64,000 nucleotides of DNA from a virus, in the IMG/VR virus record IMGVR_UViG_3300023174_007394, positions 15,642 through 79,641 of that record; one strand, written 5' to 3'. Below the pieces are notes generated by a model. That model did not search any database, was not told where the DNA came from, and saw only the letters and a program-made list of their open reading frames with translations. A program made the translations under genes and the position numbers. This document shows positions 1 through 10,781 of this stretch, in pieces. Each line of letters starts with the position of its first letter. Within the stretch, counting starts at the first letter, position 1.

Positions 1-2151
1 ACCTTTAGGTGCTTTCTCTATATTCTTATTAACTTGTGATTCAGCAAGATTTGCATGTTTTAAATTTTCAATAAATTTTGAACCAGATTTTGCTGAATGT
101 CCAGGTGCTACCGCAGCATTCTCAGGCTTCATTGTTTTTCCGCCGTGATCCATTTTAGATCCTTTTTTAGGCAATGTTGCAAGTCTAAATTTACCCATTC
201 CTTTTGTTTCTGCATTTCTGCTTCCTCCTTTTGGTAATTTTGCAAGATTATGATTGCTTAAATTTTGTATATCCTTTGGAGATCCGGAAGCTTTACCCCC
301 TGGTGCTTTAGCAAAATTTGCATCATTTAAATTTTGAATAAACTTTTTGCCTTTTTTACCTCCACTTTTTCCTGGTGCTTTAGCAAAATTTTGATTTAAA
401 GCCTCGAATGCTTCATCATCTTCGTCTATATCAGAATATGTTTCTAAATCCATATTCTCAATTTCTTCTCCCATATCCATAACATCACTGAAGAAAAATT
501 CACCAGTTTTCCCATTTTCAAACATAACAGTGTATGTTTTAGAATTTCCATTAACGCCTACTACTTTTCCAGTTTCGCCGTTTCTCTTAATTTTAACGTC
601 TGTATTGATTGCATATCCTTCGCTTTCATTAACAACAGATTTTTTATATCCTTTTTCTAATCTTTCAATTTCAACATTGATTTGATTCCATTTATTTTTT
701 AGATTAGAAGCTTCGATTTTTAGAATTTCTTGGGCTTCTTGTATTTCTATAGATTCACTTAGTTCTGGATTTTGTTCAATAGCTTTAGAAATCTTATTCA
801 TTTCAGATTCAACCAATGATAAATTATTATTAATCTCAGCTTTATCATTTTTCATTATCACTAATAATTTATCTTCATTTTCAAGAAGATCTATCATAGA
901 TTCTGAAATATCAAATCCTAAGAATTCTTTAACCAGATTTACTGCTTGATTACCATTTCCTTCGAATAATTCGTTTTTTCTCATAGATGGATTAACTCTA
1001 TGAACATAAACTTTATTTTCCAATTTGAAAATGTTTGCTTCTACGCCTTCGTATATTCTAGAAACTATCTTTTTACCAAAATCGATTTCTGTTAAATAAT
1101 CAACAGATTCAACTAGGGATAAAGCTTTGTTCACTGTTTCTGGAGATGATTGGAATGAATTTCTTAATTCCATTGAAAGAGTAAATCCTATTTTTTCGTT
1201 CGATATTCTTTTTCCGTTATAATAAACTGTTTTTAGACCAGTTAGGCTTTCAAATACGATAGACAATTTATTCTTACCTATGTAATAATCTACACCATTT
1301 TCGTTTATCTTAACACTAGGATCGCTTAATTGCATAACAGCATTTAGAAATTTACCAGGAAGCTCTGCTGCCTGATGTCTTTCTAAAATAGAAACTTTTC
1401 CATTATTAGATTTAAAAAATCTATTAGATGCTACAAATATTGAAACCTTTTCAAAAACTAAAGCAGGAGCAATTAATTTTTTAACTTCACAATTGTCTGA
1501 ATTTACATTAATAGAAAAACTATTTCCTTTACCACTTTCAATAATTGATAAATTCTCAACCAATTTTTTAACAGTTGAATTAAATATCCATTTTCTTAAA
1601 TCTTTTACCAGTGATTCTGTAATTCTATTTGGTGTAGAAATCCAATTTCTCATAGATTCTGTAATAGATGAGAAAAGGTCTTTACCACCAGATCTATTAA
1701 TTTCTTCAATTGCTTTAGCTACCTCAATTACAGCTCTATTACTTTCGTAAGTCTTTTTTAGGTTATTTAAAGATGCCTTAGCATTATTTTCCCATGAATA
1801 TCCTTCCAATTCCTGCATCATACCCTCAATTAAGAAAGCCTCTGAAATACCTTTAACTGTTGCAGCATTGATGTATTTCTGTGTTAGAATCTTTCCTTCA
1901 GGAAGTTCTGAAAATGCTGTGTTACCTAAAGCTATTGCAGTTTCCAACACACCTACGGAAAAAGAAGATGTATTTCTTTTTATTTCAACAGATGATCCTT
2001 CGTTAATTTCTTTCCTCACACCATCTACATAGGATCCTGCATTATTGTTAGAAAATGACCCGTTCCACGTTTCATTAAGTGTATTAGCAGCAGCTTTCGC
2101 TTTTTCTAATCTAATTTGAGATAGACTCTCGTCAAAATTGATATTCTCCAT
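1..2151 (-). CDS. Large hypothetical (probably virion) protein, runs off the window start; basic C-terminal N(F/L)AK(A/L)P repeats
   Basis: Not in the ORF track. ATG at 2151 (MENINFDESLSQ...) with in-frame TAA just upstream. Hand translation of 1-480 is open in the same frame (NFAKAPGKSG, NFAKAPGGKA, NLAKLPKGG, NIEKAPKG); the middle was not checked codon by codon. GATATATA 26 nt upstream. Confidence 0.75.
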   Translation of the reverse strand, partial: MENINFDESLSQIRLEKAKAAANTLNETWNGSFSNNNAGSYVDGVRKEINEGSSVEIKRNTSSFSVGVLETAIALGNTAFSELPEGKILTQKYINAATVKGISEAFLIEGMMQELEGYSWENNAKASLNNLKKTYESNRAVIEVAKAIEEINRSGGKDLFSSITESMRNWISTPNRITESLVKDLRKWIFNSTVKKLVENLSIIESGKGNSFSINVNSDNCEVKKLIAPALVFEKVSIFVASNRFFKSNNGKVSILERHQAAELPGKFLNAVMQLSDPSVKINENGVDYYIGKNKLSIVFESLTGLKTVYYNGKRISNEKIGFTLSMELRNSFQSSPETVNKALSLVESVDYLTEIDFGKKIVSRIYEGVEANIFKLENKVYVHRVNPSMRKNELFEGNGNQAVNLVKEFLGFDISESMIDLLENEDKLLVIMKNDKAEINNNLSLVESEMNKISKAIEQNPELSESIEIQEAQEILKIEASNLKNKWNQINVEIERLEKGYKKSVVNESEGYAINTDVKIKRNGETGKVVGVNGNSKTYTVMFENGKTGEFFFSDVMDMGEEIENMDLETYSDIDEDDEAFEALNQNFAKAPGKSGGKKGKKFIQNLNDANFAKAPGGKASGSPKDIQNLSNHNLAKLPKGGSRNAETKGMGKFRLATLPKKGSKMDHGGKTMKPENAAVAPGHSAKSGSKFIENLKHANLAESQVNKNIEKAPKG

Positions 2152-2268
2152 TTTATGGGATTTTTATTTTATTGTATATATATCTACTCTTAAAAAATTT
2201 CCTTTCATATAGGGCCTAGCTATTTTTATATATTATATATTTCCCTTTGATAAGGGGATTTAATGGTA

Positions 2269-3552
2269 TTAGTGCTGTGATAATATAAACCAATTTGTTC
2301 CGTTACTTGCCAATGTATAAGATGTACCAAATGCTGTGCTCATTGGACCTACAGTTATGCTAGCATTTCCGTCAATAGTTTCAGATCCAGTAGTATTTAC
2401 CGTAATATTTCTTCCATCTGCTGTTGTAACATTTTTAACCCAATATATTTTACCTGCAATACCAGAAGCCGTAGGTAAGGTAACTATCATACCTGTCCCT
2501 GATGGATCACATAAAATAATATCTTCGTTTGATGATAGAGTATATGAGGATGTTATAGTCGTTATATTAAATGTTGATCCTGAATTTGTGCCGCTTGTAC
2601 CGGAAGATCCGGTTTCTCCTGAAGATCCAGAAGATCCAGATTCACCTGAAGATCCAGAAGATCCAGATTCGCCAGAAGATCCGGAAGACCCTGATTCACC
2701 TGAAGATCCAGAAGATCCTGATTCACCTGAAGATCCAGAAGATCCAGATTCGCCAGAAGATCCGGAAGACCCTGATTCACCTGAAGATCCAGAAGATCCG
2801 TTAGTTTCACCTGAAGTCCCAGAAGATCCAGATTCACCAGAAGACCCAGAAGATCCAGATTCACCTGAGGATCCAGATGATCCTGATGTACCAGAAATTC
2901 CGTTAACCCCGCTTATGCCTGATGTCCCGGATTCACCTGAGGATCCTGAAGATCCAGATTCACCTGAAGATCCAGATTCACCTGAGGATCCTGAAGATCC
3001 AGTTTCACCCGATGACCCAGAAGATCCAGTTTCACCTGAAGATCCTGAAGATCCAGTTTCACCAGAAGATCCTGAAGATCCAGATTCACCCGATGACCCG
3101 GAAGATCCTGATTCTCCTGAGGACCCCGAAGATCCAGATGTTCCGTTAGTTTCCCCCGATGTTCCAGATGATCCAGATTCACCTGATGAGCCAGAAGATC
3201 CAGATGATCCTGATTCGCCTGATGAACCGGAAGAGCCAGAAGAGCCAGAAGAGCCAGATGATCCCGATTCGCCTGATGAACCAGAAGAGCCGTTTTCTCC
3301 TGATGTCCCTGAAGATCCCGAAGATCCTGATGTTCCGTATGTTTCTCCTGATGTTCCAGAAGATCCAGAAGCTCCTCCTCTTCCATTTACACCACTAGTT
3401 CCTGCTGCTCCTGACGTACCTGAAGTACCTGAAGTACTTAAAATAGATAACACGTCAATTCTTGAAGTAATATCGCCAACAACCCCTATTACGGAATCGC
3501 CCTGATTCACTGATGTTGCTAGTGGTAAATTACTAATTCTTATTCCTGACAT
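2269..3552 (-). CDS. Gly-X-Y (GSS/GES/GTS) repeat fibre protein
   Basis: About 280 aa of triplet repeats. N-terminal ISNLPLAT anchor is shared with the 7766..10768 protein. C-terminal VTLPTA...KNV...ETIDG domain is typical of phage fibres. Confidence 0.8.
   Translation of the reverse strand: MSGIRISNLPLATSVNQGDSVIGVVGDITSRIDVLSILSTSGTSGTSGAAGTSGVNGRGGASGSSGTSGETYGTSGSSGSSGTSGENGSSGSSGESGSSGSSGSSGSSGSSGESGSSGSSGSSGESGSSGTSGETNGTSGSSGSSGESGSSGSSGESGSSGSSGETGSSGSSGETGSSGSSGETGSSGSSGESGSSGESGSSGSSGESGTSGISGVNGISGTSGSSGSSGESGSSGSSGESGSSGTSGETNGSSGSSGESGSSGSSGESGSSGSSGESGSSGSSGESGSSGSSGESGSSGSSGESGSSGSSGETGSSGTSGTNSGSTFNITTITSSYTLSSNEDIILCDPSGTGMIVTLPTASGIAGKIYWVKNVTTADGRNITVNTTGSETIDGNASITVGPMSTAFGTSYTLASNGTNWFILSQH
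2590..3440. repeat. Coding tandem repeat (9/18/27-bp units)
   Basis: gaagatcca/gattcacct units; near-exact 81-bp-period duplication starting at about 2639 and 2720. Confidence 0.9.
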
Positions 3553-3571
3553 TTTTTATAGATTTATTTTA

Positions 3572-6500
3572 TTAATCATCATCCCCTATAGTTGCACCGC
3601 TTAACATCCATTCGTTATAGCCTGTTTTAAGCAATGTTGCCACCCCATAATTTTCTAAATACCAAACATTATTCTGAGTAGGCGATCCTGCGCAGTATAT
3701 GTCAGCATAATTATTATTATTATTCTCTGGGTAGATATAAATATTACCGCCTGATCTATTTACTATAGTTATTACAGATCCTACAGGAAAACTTAAATCT
3801 CCGAAAGGACCATAATAATCATTATAGGGAACATATATTGTTGCACTATTATAAGTTACATATAGATGTTTTCCTCTGTCATCGGGTGTGATTGTATAGC
3901 TATATGTGATAATATTTTGTGGGATATCTATTGCGCTTCTGTCTTGTGTGCTTCCGTCGGAGAATTCTATAGAGCCGCCATATGATTCATTGACATTATA
4001 CACACTTTCAGACCATTCCCAGCCATCTCCCATATAATATCCAGTAGGTGAAGACTGCGATAAACTTGTGTTAATCACTGTTAATTCTATGTTCTCTGAA
4101 ACGATCTCCGGATGGCTAAATTCTATATAATCTGTTGATTCGTATCTCCAATATCCATGGGTTCCTAGTCCTGTGCCATCAGTAGGGAATTGTGCAAAAA
4201 ATGTGTTAGTGTTATAATCAGCTGGTGTATATGTGGATCCAACTATGTTATATTTTCCATTAGCAATGCTTAATGAGCCTGAGGTAAATCCCTCATCAAA
4301 TCCTATGTAATCATTATATTTTCCTACAATTTTTCTTCTCCAGATATTGACACCGTTAGTGTCAAATTTAAGAATAAAAATCCTATTATCATTACCGTCA
4401 TAAGCGTTTACTGCCATTATTATCTTATCATCTGTGTCAACTGCTACCACAGGATTATAATTGCTGCTCGCTGAAGTGTGGGTTTGCCACAATATGTTTC
4501 CACTACTATCTAGCTTTGTAAGAACTGCATCAGAATCATCAACGGATCCAACTATAATTTTACCCGTACTGTCTATGCACACACTAGTTGCTCTTTCTTC
4601 CTGAGCGGAAGGAGCTAACGTGTTAATATTTTTACTCCATTGAATTACCCCTGCTGAATTAAATTTAACCACCATAGCTTGGGTATTACTATTATCTATG
4701 GTTTTTCTTCCCACCGCATATATGTTATTCGATGAATCAATTGCAACATCATAGAATCTATCATAAGATCCAGGGCCACCTATGGATTTTTCCCAATCAG
4801 GTGTCCAAATAAATGCTTCAGATCCCAGAGATTTTTTAATGTACCATGTTCCAGCACCATCAAAATCTGGTGATTGATCTATTGTTAATTTAAGCTTATC
4901 TGTGGATCCTGTTCCTGAATAAACAGTCACACTTGTAATTGAATTTGAATTTCCTGAATCCACCCCATCAACGTTAAGTACTAAATTATTACCAGGAGTT
5001 GATCCACCTAAAAATTCTCCAAGGATAGTTATTTTATCTCCTATTACATAGTCAAATCCCGTATTATCGTAATTATCTACAGAATACGCTCCTGAGATAG
5101 GATCAACTATGATAGAAAAAGATGCCCCCGATCCTGTAGCTCCTGTCCCAGTTAATCCGGTGTAATAGTTCACGTCTGTTATTATGCTTTTTACATTAAT
5201 ATCTGTTCCGTAAATATACCAATCCCCAATAATACCATCTCCTGGATATACGGTGGGAGAAGAATCTGTAATATCTGATTTATTGATCACAATATTACTA
5301 ACACTTGATCCGGCTAGTGGTGTTAATTGGCCAAACTCTTGATATTGATTTTGTACCTGCCCAACTATAACAGGTTTACCAGTAGATGTAACTTTAATAC
5401 CCCTTGGTGTAAGATCGCCTATTCCAATTATCTCTTTAGAAGAAAGTATTGTTCCTATAGTTGAATTTATTTCAAATAGACCTAACTTACTCCAATATAC
5501 ATCATCGTCATCTCCCTGTATGCTCGACAATGCTGTAACTATCCAAAGATTTTTAGTTATTGGATCTATCGCAATTCCTCCTCCATCTTGTGTATTTACT
5601 GAATCATAATAATCTTGAACGTTTGTATAAGGTCCAGATGCACCGGTAGCAGCTATGCCAGAAAAAACTGCTGCTGCTCCTACCTGACCTCCAGTACCTC
5701 CAGTAAGTCCGGTAACAACTAGTGTCAGGTTATTGTCTGGCTGGGATCCTCCTAGAACATCCCCTGATATAAAGATTTTTTCGCCTAATTCATAATGTGA
5801 ACCTACAGAATCAATGCTATCTAAAACATAACTACCCCCGCTTACTGAAACTGTAAATCTTGCACCGCTTCCTGATCTAAGATTATTTCTCCATCTTGTA
5901 TTTCCGTTTCCTTCCAATTTTTTAGTGATAGTAAGTGGGTTGTTAAAGTCATAGTCCTTGCCTATTGTATAGGAATTTCCGTCAATATCAGTAACAACTG
6001 CTAGGTATCCTATCATATCATTAAGGTTTAAAGGTTGGCCATAAGTTTCAATAAATCCTATTTGAGTTTTTTTCAATTTTAGATTAGAGTCTATTGGAAT
6101 CTCTAAGTTTCCATTTCCGTTAACAACCAAATCATTTGTTGATGTTCTTACTATTTCTGTTGAAAGAGAAGAATCTGTAACAGTAGCGGTGTATGAACCA
6201 TCCGAAACATCCACTGTAACTTGAGACCAATCTGAGAAGGAGATATTAGATTCATTTAAAACTATAAATTTGCTAGGTATCCTATTTTTTAAAAATTTAT
6301 AAGCTCCCAATTTAACTTCCCTACCATCTGTAGGAAGACTAGCTACAAAAGATCTTTGAGCCTCTCCGTCTGATGTCAATGTAAAATTGATATAATTTCC
6401 TGCAAATGCTATTTTGTCTTCATAAACCGAAATTAAACCTCCTATAACTCCCTGGTAAGGGTTGGAAAAAGTCCAAGTACCTGAAGGGTCTATTAGGTTT

Positions 6501-7714
6501 CTTTGCCATAGAATATTTCCTGATGAATCGGTTTTAGAGATTATTAAACCGGGTGTAGATTCACCCGCAGTTATAGCTGCAATATATAAATTTCCAGATG
6601 AATCAAGAGCAATACCGGTAACCATATCCTCACAATATCCAAAAATATTTCTTGCCCATTCTATAGTTCCAGAAGAGTCCATTTTAAAAACAAGAAACGC
6701 AGCTGTATAGTTATAATAACCGTTGTCTTTTATTGTAAAATTACCCACAACAAATATATTTCCTATAGCATCTATAGCCAAATCAACAGCAGCATCGAAT
6801 GATTCTGAGCCAGGTACTCCAAAAGTATCAGGTATTTGTATGGTTTTAGCCCATTGGAATACCCCATATTTATTGTATTTTGTAACAATCATCTCACTCT
6901 TTATAGGGGATGTGAGTCTTTGATAACTTCCGACCGATATAATATTATCATCTTGATCCACTCTTGTTGTAAAAATGTAGTCATTGCCCGGCTTACTTAA
7001 TACCCTATTCCATATTTGGGACAGGTCACTGCCATCTATTAACATGATCAAAAGATCCGGGTCCTCTGCTAGAGTGTCATCAGTAAATCCTGAAATTATT
7101 ATGTTATCTTCAGAATTAATTGCTAGTGAAACAGCTGCACCATCATACGACCCATTGAAAAGTTTTTGATCTAGAATATTTCCATTTGCCCCGTTAATTT
7201 TTATAATACTAAAATCATTGCTTCCTATATTTGAATCTGATACAAAAATATTATTTTGGCTATCTATTGTGAATTGGGCAATGGGCTGGCCATCAACTAA
7301 TATTTTTTTCTTCCATAAAACCACACCATCAGATGCAATTTTAACTATCTCTATAAAATTTTCATCATAAAGTACAGATATTGAAACTATATCGCCCTCG
7401 TTATCATGAAGAACACTAGTTAAAATAGTATTTTGTTGACCGTCCCGTGTGTCTGGTTTTAAATCAAGTTTCCAAAATTCTGTGCTTCCTGATCTAACTG
7501 TGATATCAGCATCTCCTGAGATGGTGTATTCATCAAGGGATAAATTTCCTGTGTCCCCCTTAAAGTATAATAGATCATTCCAGGCAGAAGACCCGTTACC
7601 GTATTTTATTTTACGTGAATCAATTTCATATCCAGGCTCGCCCTGCGAAAGAATTGGATTAATAGATGTCCAGTTTGCTGCTGTGTCCCTCCTTAGTTGT
7701 ATTTTAGATGCCAT
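3572..7714 (-). CDS. Tail fibre/receptor-binding protein, Mtd_N-like N-terminus plus beta-propeller repeats
   Basis: IQLRRDTAANWTSINPILSQGEPGYE N-terminus; repeated (A/V)IDSSxNIYxxG and KxDSSGNILWQ blades. Confidence 0.8.
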   Translation of the reverse strand: MASKIQLRRDTAANWTSINPILSQGEPGYEIDSRKIKYGNGSSAWNDLLYFKGDTGNLSLDEYTISGDADITVRSGSTEFWKLDLKPDTRDGQQNTILTSVLHDNEGDIVSISVLYDENFIEIVKIASDGVVLWKKKILVDGQPIAQFTIDSQNNIFVSDSNIGSNDFSIIKINGANGNILDQKLFNGSYDGAAVSLAINSEDNIIISGFTDDTLAEDPDLLIMLIDGSDLSQIWNRVLSKPGNDYIFTTRVDQDDNIISVGSYQRLTSPIKSEMIVTKYNKYGVFQWAKTIQIPDTFGVPGSESFDAAVDLAIDAIGNIFVVGNFTIKDNGYYNYTAAFLVFKMDSSGTIEWARNIFGYCEDMVTGIALDSSGNLYIAAITAGESTPGLIISKTDSSGNILWQRNLIDPSGTWTFSNPYQGVIGGLISVYEDKIAFAGNYINFTLTSDGEAQRSFVASLPTDGREVKLGAYKFLKNRIPSKFIVLNESNISFSDWSQVTVDVSDGSYTATVTDSSLSTEIVRTSTNDLVVNGNGNLEIPIDSNLKLKKTQIGFIETYGQPLNLNDMIGYLAVVTDIDGNSYTIGKDYDFNNPLTITKKLEGNGNTRWRNNLRSGSGARFTVSVSGGSYVLDSIDSVGSHYELGEKIFISGDVLGGSQPDNNLTLVVTGLTGGTGGQVGAAAVFSGIAATGASGPYTNVQDYYDSVNTQDGGGIAIDPITKNLWIVTALSSIQGDDDDVYWSKLGLFEINSTIGTILSSKEIIGIGDLTPRGIKVTSTGKPVIVGQVQNQYQEFGQLTPLAGSSVSNIVINKSDITDSSPTVYPGDGIIGDWYIYGTDINVKSIITDVNYYTGLTGTGATGSGASFSIIVDPISGAYSVDNYDNTGFDYVIGDKITILGEFLGGSTPGNNLVLNVDGVDSGNSNSITSVTVYSGTGSTDKLKLTIDQSPDFDGAGTWYIKKSLGSEAFIWTPDWEKSIGGPGSYDRFYDVAIDSSNNIYAVGRKTIDNSNTQAMVVKFNSAGVIQWSKNINTLAPSAQEERATSVCIDSTGKIIVGSVDDSDAVLTKLDSSGNILWQTHTSASSNYNPVVAVDTDDKIIMAVNAYDGNDNRIFILKFDTNGVNIWRRKIVGKYNDYIGFDEGFTSGSLSIANGKYNIVGSTYTPADYNTNTFFAQFPTDGTGLGTHGYWRYESTDYIEFSHPEIVSENIELTVINTSLSQSSPTGYYMGDGWEWSESVYNVNESYGGSIEFSDGSTQDRSAIDIPQNIITYSYTITPDDRGKHLYVTYNSATIYVPYNDYYGPFGDLSFPVGSVITIVNRSGGNIYIYPENNNNNYADIYCAGSPTQNNVWYLENYGVATLLKTGYNEWMLSGATIGDDD

Positions 7715-7765
7715 TTTTTGGTTTTTATTTTTTATATTTATCTTAAAACACTAAAAATAAAATCT

Positions 7766-10700
7766 TTAGTTTTTAGGTTTCATTAGATTTATTTTTGCTT
7801 TTAAATTATATTGAATAGAATCAAATTCTTTAGGCTGTTCACTTAATCTCAATCCCTTAAAAATCTCATCAGATACCCAATTAAATTCCTCCCTGCTTCT
7901 GCTGTTTATTTGCTCTTTAACGAACTTCATTTCTTCTATAGGGTAAATGTTATTTAATCTAGCAGAAGTGAGTATACCATTCGCAAACACGTTTATATGA
8001 CCCTCTGTGAGGATGTTATAGAATATTCCATCTTCCCTTACTATTTCTTGACTAACCAATGTTACTTTAGATTCATCATCCTTAAAGGTTGTTGTCCCTA
8101 TTGGGGTTTCATCTGTCATCGGATGTGTGAATCTTCCTGCCTCTATGTTGAATATTCTATGTCCTATATCCTTTAGAATAGTTCTAAGCTCAGTGCCATC
8201 ACTGAATTTTAGAATATTATGTTCTTTCATGACGGGTGAAGGCATGGCAATAAATACAGGATTTGCAAAATCAAATTTTCCCTCGTCAAAATTCCATACT
8301 AAAAGAGAATCACTATATTCTATGTCTTCTATCTTCTTTTTTGACCCATCAGCTAGGGTTATTAGTGTTCCTTTTATAAGACAGATATAAGAGGTAAATT
8401 CCTGTTCTTCACTGTATGCAGTTCCGTTTGAGTTTGTTGCATACGCTCTAATATAAACAATTCCCTCCGGAATATACCCTGTAGATACACCAAACGAAGG
8501 ACCCGTAGGATTTGCTTGGATCTTATTATCATCTATTGTTGGATTATGAGCTGAAGACCAAACAACACCAATATCAGTTAAATTATATCCTCCATCATCA
8601 GCTAGATTGGCATAAACAAAAGCAGATGTACCGTATGATGAAATACTAGTTATAGATATTGTTGCTAGTCCTAGATTTGCATTGGATCCGTCTAATGACA
8701 TATCAGATGGGCTAAAAACTGTGCTAGAAGCACCACCATCAAAATTCATATAGATATTATTCCACGATAAATCTCCAGATCCATTATTATAAAGATATCC
8801 AGTGGCATCGGATGGTAAATTAGTTCCTAGAACTGAATTGCCACCACTATCTTTTATATCACCACCTGTCGGTAATGTTAGATTACCGTTTGAATCAAAT
8901 AACCATTCCAGGTGTCCATCACGTGTGGCATTCTTAAGTTGTAGGTGTGCCCTGTGATTGGCTGTAGTATAATCACTACCATCTTTGTCAAAGTAAAAGT
9001 AGCTGGTGTTATTATCATTAATCTCGCCATAGCTGATTCCAATCCAATCTGCTCCAGACCCAGTACGGAATTCTAATCCTGTATATGGACTTTCTAGTTG
9101 TCCTATCTGTCCGTTGTTGTTGGGAAAGTTTAGTACACCATCTGCGTCAAATTTCCAAGTCTTGGATGACGAATTAAATGCAACTCTTTTTGGTCCAGAA
9201 TTAAATCCTGTGGTAATATCTTGATCGACATGGATTTGCCAATCACCAGAATCTTGTTGGATATCTGTAATTGTGGCAGTTATGGGTGTTCCCCATGCTG
9301 TGGTTACAGTTTCCCCTATATTAATAGCTGTACCTAATGTAGGATATACACTGTCCGAAATAAATAACCTCCAAACTCCGCCTGGTGGCACAAGTTCATC
9401 TACATCTAGTACATTAACCCTCTCCAATAAAGGATTACGATCAGTTTTAATGTTTAACTCTGTTGAAGTTGTTATATTACCCCCGTTAGGTAATGTTAAA
9501 TTGCCATCCCTATCAAACCTCCAACTTTTATTACCGGAATTAATATTTACATTCCCTGATGACCCTGAGGATCCAAACGAATTTCCTGCTGTAAGATTGA
9601 CATCTCCTCCGTTATAATTTGATCCTGATGTACCAAAACCATTTCCCGCTGTTATATTTACATCTCTACCATCTCCTGGATTTTCGCTGTCTGGTGTTTT
9701 AGCATTGATATTTACACTATTCCCAGAATCAATTGTAATATCATCCCCGTGGTTACTTTTTAGAATTAGTCCATATCCTGCTGATGTTATTATTGTATCC
9801 CCACCATTCATATCTAAATTTATTAATCCCTGTAAAGGATTTATGGTAACAAAAGCTTCTCCTCCTTCAAAATAAGTTTCCACTCCAGCTCCACTAAATT
9901 TAATGGTACCTGCTGTCTGTGGTGGTTTAGTATAAATGTCTACGCTATTAGTTACTTCCCCTGTTTCTTGATTTTGCCTTGGCAATGTCTCATAAACATC
10001 TATCCATTTAACGCCATCGTGTAAACCCCAAACACCACCAGGATGCATATTTCCATCAACAACAATCGAGATCTTTCCTGGTTCACTCTCGTAAAACCAA
10101 GCCTCCCAAATTCTGGTAGATGGTGCATTTAAATCCTCTATGTCATTTTGTATAGCACCTTCATAACGTATTACAAATCTTCCATCATTTGTGGATCCAT
10201 AGTAATATCTGTTAATCGACGTATCTGAAGCACCCACTGTAATTGAAGGAACTGCTAACGTTGCTGGGCTAATTGGCCAATAGATTGAATATTCTTCAGG
10301 AGAATTATCTTCCACAGAAGCGAAAGTAAGATAGCTATTAGAATTTAACCAGACGTCATTATATGATTGTCCTAGAAATTGGATAGTGAATGGGAGTTCA
10401 ATAAGGTATTCATTATCATCGTCCCCCAAATTAGATACCTCATTTATTAAACCAGATCTTCCGTGCAAAGAAACATTATCAATATAATCAAAATATCTTT
10501 GCTCAATGTTTATAGTTCCTGAAGTTCCTGTAGGACCAGTAGGACCAGCAGGACCTGTCGCCCCATCCCATCCAGTTTCTCCTGGAGGGCCTTGCTCACC
10601 TGGAACACCTTGGGCTCCTGCTACGCCTTGCGCACCTGCTGCTCCAATGAATTCTTGCATAGCACTCATGGGGATTCTAGATGTCTGATTATTAACGACC

Positions 10701-10768
10701 CCAATCATAACATCAGATGATTGAATATCTGTTGCTAGAGGTAAAGTCTGTATTTTTCTTCCTGGCAT
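7766..10768 (-). CDS. Collagen-repeat fibre protein with FN3-like domain and C-terminal Hint domain
   Basis: GAQGVAGAQGVPGEQGPPG; three WxFDxxGxLxxP repeats; YIRAYATNSNGTAYS; CLIKGTLITLADGSKKKIEDI...YNILTEGHINVFANGIL. Confidence 0.8.
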   Translation of the reverse strand: MPGRKIQTLPLATDIQSSDVMIGVVNNQTSRIPMSAMQEFIGAAGAQGVAGAQGVPGEQGPPGETGWDGATGPAGPTGPTGTSGTINIEQRYFDYIDNVSLHGRSGLINEVSNLGDDDNEYLIELPFTIQFLGQSYNDVWLNSNSYLTFASVEDNSPEEYSIYWPISPATLAVPSITVGASDTSINRYYYGSTNDGRFVIRYEGAIQNDIEDLNAPSTRIWEAWFYESEPGKISIVVDGNMHPGGVWGLHDGVKWIDVYETLPRQNQETGEVTNSVDIYTKPPQTAGTIKFSGAGVETYFEGGEAFVTINPLQGLINLDMNGGDTIITSAGYGLILKSNHGDDITIDSGNSVNINAKTPDSENPGDGRDVNITAGNGFGTSGSNYNGGDVNLTAGNSFGSSGSSGNVNINSGNKSWRFDRDGNLTLPNGGNITTSTELNIKTDRNPLLERVNVLDVDELVPPGGVWRLFISDSVYPTLGTAINIGETVTTAWGTPITATITDIQQDSGDWQIHVDQDITTGFNSGPKRVAFNSSSKTWKFDADGVLNFPNNNGQIGQLESPYTGLEFRTGSGADWIGISYGEINDNNTSYFYFDKDGSDYTTANHRAHLQLKNATRDGHLEWLFDSNGNLTLPTGGDIKDSGGNSVLGTNLPSDATGYLYNNGSGDLSWNNIYMNFDGGASSTVFSPSDMSLDGSNANLGLATISITSISSYGTSAFVYANLADDGGYNLTDIGVVWSSAHNPTIDDNKIQANPTGPSFGVSTGYIPEGIVYIRAYATNSNGTAYSEEQEFTSYICLIKGTLITLADGSKKKIEDIEYSDSLLVWNFDEGKFDFANPVFIAMPSPVMKEHNILKFSDGTELRTILKDIGHRIFNIEAGRFTHPMTDETPIGTTTFKDDESKVTLVSQEIVREDGIFYNILTEGHINVFANGILTSARLNNIYPIEEMKFVKEQINSRSREEFNWVSDEIFKGLRLSEQPKEFDSIQYNLKAKINLMKPKN

Positions 10769-10781
10769 TTTTTATTTTATA

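Noticed and set aside
2590-3440. Possible CRISPR array
   Set aside because: Repeats are contiguous, in-frame and lack unique spacers; no cas genes in the window.
2336-3505. 389-aa PEDP-repeat plus-strand ORF and other short ORFs in the repeat
   Set aside because: Antisense and off-frame shadows of the GSS repeat gene.
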